This document shows, in pieces, positions 56,890 through 64,000 of a DNA stretch of 64,000 bases. The DNA comes from Octopus vulgaris (taxonomy: Eukaryota): positions 37,696,001 through 37,760,000 of the forward strand of contig OX597832.1 in NCBI GenBank assembly GCA_951406725.2. The letters run 5' to 3'. The position numbers and the translations under genes were made by a program. Every line of letters begins with the position of its first letter. The first letter of the stretch is position 1. The notes beneath the pieces are model-generated. The model was not told where the DNA came from. It ran no database searches and saw nothing but the letters and a program-made list of their open reading frames with translations.

Positions 56890-57253
56890 TGTGAGTTCAA
56901 TGGTGTGTCAGTGTGTACAGCTGACAGTATGTTTTGTTTTTATACACACTAGATATGCATACTTATGAACATACATACATGCATACATACATACACACAC
57001 ATGAATGCACACATACACACACACATATATATATATATACATATACACACATGTGCGTATGGATAAGGAGAAACACGCTCAATAACGAATTTATACATAT
57101 ACACACATATATATATATATACCCACACGCACATACATATGTATATATCTACATGTGTATATGAACCTGTATGTGTGTGAGTGTGTCTGTGTGTGTGTAT
57201 GTGTGTGTGTGTCTGTCTGTGTGTGTGTGTTTGTCTGTGTGTGTGTGTGTATC

Positions 57254-57300
<47 letters not shown>

Positions 57301-57775
57301 TTCACGCTGAGGGAGATAAAAAGAAGAGATAAATGCGACAGACAGGTAAGCTGAATAAATGCATAGCTTTTTCTTGTTTTTATTTATTTATTTACCTATT
57401 TATTTTTTGTAATCCTTCCCCAAATCGTGCTTCCAATCCTCCAAGAGAAATTAAGATTTCAATAAATATAAAAACTATAGAAACAACATCACAAAGAAAT
57501 AAATAAAATAAAAAAGAATGAAGATGGTTGCCACATATACATATATATGCGTGTACGTATGTGATATATATATATATATATATATAGACCTATATACACA
57601 GACACTCGCATATACATATATACATAGATACATAGATATATACATATATTCATGTGTGTGTAGACACAAATACATACATACACACAACATTGATATATGT
57701 ACTTATATCTACACATGTGTATAGATATATATTTGTGTATGAGAGTGTGTGTATATATATATACATATATGTACA

Positions 57776-57874
<99 letters not shown>

Positions 57875-57986
57875 CATACATACAAGCATACATACGTACA
57901 TACACACATCTATCAAGCAGATGAAACAAATTTTAAGAAAAAATCAACCACCAAACAAAACAAATGCGCTAAAACAACAACAGCTA

Positions 57987-58006
57987 TGATAATAATCATA
58001 ATAATG

Positions 58007-58088
<82 letters not shown>

Positions 58089-58093
58089 TAATG

Positions 58094-58170
<77 letters not shown>

Positions 58171-58198
58171 AATAATAATAATGATAATGATAATAATA
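57987..58198. repeat. (AAT)n microsatellite
   Basis: Direct reading. Confidence 0.95.
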
Positions 58199-58608
58199 AA
58201 CGGATACAGAATGAAAATTCTTAAAGTTTTCAGCATGCCAGGAAGAAAGTGATGCAAAAATAAAATTAATAAATAAATGAGAGAAGGAAGAAAAAAAAAA
58301 ACAGACCACAGACGTTATAAGAAAATTATCTTTAAGGTTAATTTCGAATTCGTAAAGTTTCAACTGTATTGAAGTGTTACCAAACACTTTAGGAGTATTT
58401 AATGCTAAACCTCGGGATTCTTTAACTCCACGAACTGTTTACAGTGGTGTATTTATACGAGTTAGCTCTGAAGTGGTAGGCATCATGGGGGGGGGGGTAA
58501 AAAATGGCAGTCAAAGAAATGATAAAAGATGAATGAAGAATATTTTAAAACAGGGAACAATATATATATATATATACATATATATACATATATATATATA
58601 CATATATG

Positions 58609-58643
<35 letters not shown>

Positions 58644-58733
58644 GTATATATATATATATGTATATATGTATGTATGTATATATTTAACAATATATATATC
58701 TATGTATCTATGTATATATATATAACAATATAA

Positions 58734-58782
<49 letters not shown>

Positions 58783-59030
58783 TATGTATTATGTGTGTGT
58801 GTATTTATGTTTATATTTACGTATATACACAATAAATATATATGCATTACTGCACGTACTCCCAAATGTGTATCTATCTATCACTGTATATATATATATA
58901 TATATATATACAATACAAAATGGGACAAGAACGCAGTATTTATATATATATAGATATGTTTATGTATGTATATATGTATATATATATATATATAATTTAT
59001 ATATGTATATATATATATATATATAATTTA

Positions 59031-59073
<43 letters not shown>

Positions 59074-59135
59074 GTTAAAAAAACACAAACTGGGACAAGA
59101 ACGTGAAACATATATTTATATATATTTTTATATCC

Positions 59136-59179
<44 letters not shown>

Positions 59180-59740
59180 CATGTACGTATATATATATAG
59201 ATATATATATCTATATATATATACAATACACAATAACCACATAAATACATAAATGCCTACATCTTATGTAAAAATAGGAAGGAAAACTATTGAATCGAAT
59301 TAAATGTGCAAATAAATATATAATTCCACAATCTTGTAAAATAAACGTTTGATTTTCTTTTATTAAGTATAGCTACTGAATATATGTGCGTCTGTACAAA
59401 AAGTGTAAATATATATGTATGTATGAAAGTATATGTATGTATTATATATATATATGTATATGCATACATACGCACATACAAACATACATTCATTGATATA
59501 TGTATATTTATACACAATCAATGAATGAGTGTGGGAGAGAGAGAGGAAAAGATATTTCGATAAATATGAATATTAGGATGGAAAAAAACCCCAACAGAAC
59601 ATCGATTCTAAATTTTGTGAAAAAAATGATGCGACAATCGTGACAGTTACGTGCCGACTACACACACTTATGCGCACGCGCGCACACACATTCATACTCA
59701 CACACACACACAAATATTTAGGCACACTCATTTTCGTTCA

Positions 59741-59783
<43 letters not shown>

Positions 59784-59812
59784 TAAATGCATACTTATAT
59801 AGATAAATATAA

Positions 59813-59863
<51 letters not shown>

Positions 59864-60069
59864 GATATACGCATGATACATATACATACACACACACAGA
59901 AAAAATATATACGCGCGCGCACATATATATACATACATATATAGCATATATACATATATACTTACATACACATACAACAAATATTTATATATGTATATAC
60001 ATATATATACATGTATATATATATATATATATATGTATGTATATATATATGCATGTATATATATATATG

Positions 60070-60113
<44 letters not shown>

Positions 60114-60429
60114 TATATATATATACACACATATATGTGCGTGAATGCTTCTATGTGCTTGTACATAGGTATGCATATATAGTTTTTTTCTGTCTTCGTG
60201 TTCGTGTTTTTACGCGACTGAGTTGTACATATATATGTAAATATATGTATCTCCATCATTTCATACATATAGATGTAGATGAGTATTTGTTTATAGGTGG
60301 GGTATGCAGTTATTTATGTAAATTGTCACCTACAGTCAACGGAAAGAGCGCTCAGCGTGACTCGGAGTAGTGACACTTTGTTTTCTCGCAAATGTCTGCA
60401 TGCTCACATGTCAAAACGTTTACCTACCT

Positions 60430-60482
<53 letters not shown>

Positions 60483-60795
60483 AGCATGTATGTATGTAAG
60501 TATCTATCTATCTCTCTGTCTTTGTTTCTCCGACTCTCTCTCTCTCTGACTCACTCTCCATCTCACTCACTATCCCTCTCTCTCTCTCTCCCCCTCCTTC
60601 TCCCTCTATCTCTCTACCTGTCACCCACACATAGACATACAATGTCATTTGGGATTACTTACATAATTATGATTTGTGAGATTATTGTTACTCTTACCAC
60701 CGGGGAGAGTTCACTCACATTTTAACCCATCTGTATTCCTAATAAAGGTAATTACATCAAATTAACAACTCCTATTACGTATTTGAACTGAAATT

Positions 60796-61461
<666 letters not shown>

Positions 61462-61633
61462 TTCTACCTTGGACAGAACGCGAAAATTTGTAATCAGAGA
61501 ACAATGAATTAGATGGAGTATGTTTCCTGTCTTGTACAGGTTAAGACGAAGCCTGAATTTTAAAAAGCAGAATTGATGTCCGGGTATCTGAACTCTGAAT
61601 GTAGAGGCGTAATTTCATATTTATCTTTTTTCA

Positions 61634-61925
61634 TTTACTTGTTTCAATCATTTGACAGCGGCCAGCTGGGGCACCACCTTGCGGATTTTTTGTTAAACGA
61701 CGCGAACCCAGTATTTCTTTTTTTTTTTAAACCTCGTGGTTGTTATTCTATAGGGCCCTGCTGCCGAAATGCTAACTTATGGGGAACGTAAACACAGCAA
61801 CATTGGTTGTCAAACGGTGGTGGTGGACAAAGAAAGTCACAAGGGCACAGACACAAGAGCACAGAGACACAAGGGTACACACACACACACATACGTACAC
61901 ACACGTGTGCACACATGTACACACG

Positions 61926-61981
<56 letters not shown>

Positions 61982-62139
61982 GTATGGTTTTCTTTCAGTT
62001 TCGGTCTACCAAATTCAATCAATTAAGCAGGGCCGTGATTATAGGAGAAAACAGTTCCCCAAGGTATCAGGCTGTGAGACTGAACCCGGAACTATGTGGT
62101 TGGGAAGCAAGCATTTTACCTCACAGCCACGCCTGCGCC
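61634..62139 (-). mobile_element. SINE family A, near full length
   Basis: Tail tttacttgtttcaatcatttgac through head cacagccacgcctgcgcc. Confidence 0.85.
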
Positions 62140-62654
62140 TACCTGTCGAATTATTTTACGAAGTTAAGTCGACCTGTTTGGGATTTGAACGCACCACGTA
62201 AACGTTCGATATAAAAGGTATAACATGATAATTTCTCTCTCTCCCTCTCTATCTGTCTCTCTCTCTCCTTTCCTCCTCTCTCTGTCTCTATCAAATCTAT
62301 TGCACATAGGTCTTAAAGTTCAGTTTTATTCAGTAGGTCCCAATTATGCCATAGTCTAAATTGAACTGTGCGCAGGTATAACATTTGAACAAGATATTGT
62401 AGGTGTAGGTTTACGGTAAATATTTCAAGGGAGATTACGTTGGAGAAACATTTCATACTGACATACGTTCATAGTTACACCACTCACACTCACAAAAATG
62501 CACACACACACGTATATATGTATGTGCACATAAGTATACACACACATCTATCATATATGCATATCTGTGTATATAGATATATTGTGTGTGTGTGTATATA
62601 TATGTATGTATGTATGTGTGTATACAAACAAACATAGTCGTTTATACGTATGTA

Positions 62655-62752
<98 letters not shown>

Positions 62753-62807
62753 GATGGACAGGCTGATAGATAGATAGGTAGATAGACAGATAGACAGACA
62801 GACAGAC

Positions 62808-62878
<71 letters not shown>

Positions 62879-64000
62879 TAGACAGATAGGCAGAAAGACA
62901 GACAGAAAGACAGACAGACAGACAGATAGATAGATAGATAGATAAATACATACATACATACATACATACATACATACATAAAAAAATAGGCATATATGTA
63001 TACGCAATATTTCACTGATAAATTCGATTCCGTAATAGATGATATTTGACCACGAATTGAGATTAAACCTGAAACTATGTTCAGTTTAAGTCAATTCACC
63101 GATACATTAAATCAGTGGGGATCATTTAGCTTGCAAGAAACCGCAGGCTAATATCCATCAAATCCTACCTTACCGTTTGGGTAGAGAAGACCTAATTTGA
63201 TTATGACTTCTGATCCACACTGTCTGAAATTATAAATATTGGATAGTCACAATTTAAACGCATTTGATCCTAGGTCTGGTAGATAAAGCTGTATAAAAGC
63301 TAATATAATCTAAGGGTAAACAACTGCATTAACGAGGACACAGGTAAACATGCATTGTATCAGCAATATTGTAGCAAGTTTTGTTGAATCCATCCGGGCC
63401 TTTATTGTAAGGTTCGTTGTAATCCTCCAGTGATAAAACCATGTTGTCCTGGTTTTATAAATACTTTGGGAAATTTATTATGGCAGGTTTGTCTGAGGAG
63501 GTCGAATGCTTACGTAAAACAATTTGACGCATGCTCGTCAAAACCTTAGAGGTTTAATATTATACTGTGGGTCAAAAAAGTAAAAAAAAATTTCTCACAA
63601 ATCAGAGCAGAAAGAGTAGAAAGTTCACTTTGTAGTTTGGAATTTAGAGACTTTTGTTAGTTGTTTGTTTTATTCCATCTTTTCCATCTGATTTATGTTT
63701 GTAAGAAAATGGAGCCGAAACGCTCTACTGGCGAAAAAATAAACAAACAAACTTCCCTAACAAGGCATTTTTATTCCGATCCTGAAGTTCCTAGCCCTCT
63801 CGTAACTTCAATTTGATACTCACTTTCAGACTTCTAAGGGATTGTAAGTTTATTTTATCTCTTGGGGTTAATACACGAGGAAAGAATTTACCGTTTCAAC
63901 GATTCTACAACTTGTAGGGAAAAAAGTGAAAACAGTCTACTTGAAGGCATCAGAGCATTTTTATATTCTGGTATTTTTTTTTTTCAGATATCAACCATTT

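Overview
AT-rich eukaryotic non-coding DNA packed with microsatellites ((TA)n, (CA)n, (TATC)n, (TATG)n, (AAT)n, (TAG)n, (GAA)n). The repeat landscape and tRNA-derived SINE families look like an octopus (coleoid cephalopod) genome; this is inference, not a database result. No intact protein-coding gene is supported, and almost all listed ORFs are translations of simple repeats. Recognisable elements are several SINE families, a hAT MITE with a perfect 8-bp TSD, a piggyBac-type MITE, Tc1/mariner relics, a non-autonomous Helitron, a decayed Penelope-like element (PLE) RT-thumb/GIY-YIG region, and a decayed coding-like exon with a Pro/Cys peptide repeat. The most notable signal is a set of about 10 type I hammerhead-ribozyme (HHR) motifs, some with canonical cores and some with variant cores. 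They sit in several different short PLE-terminus-like sequences, often abut (TA)n tracts, and repeatedly occur as fold-back copies. The best example is a near-perfect 295-bp-arm palindrome at 49485-50079 that carries a complete HHR on each strand. All coordinates and pairings were read by eye.
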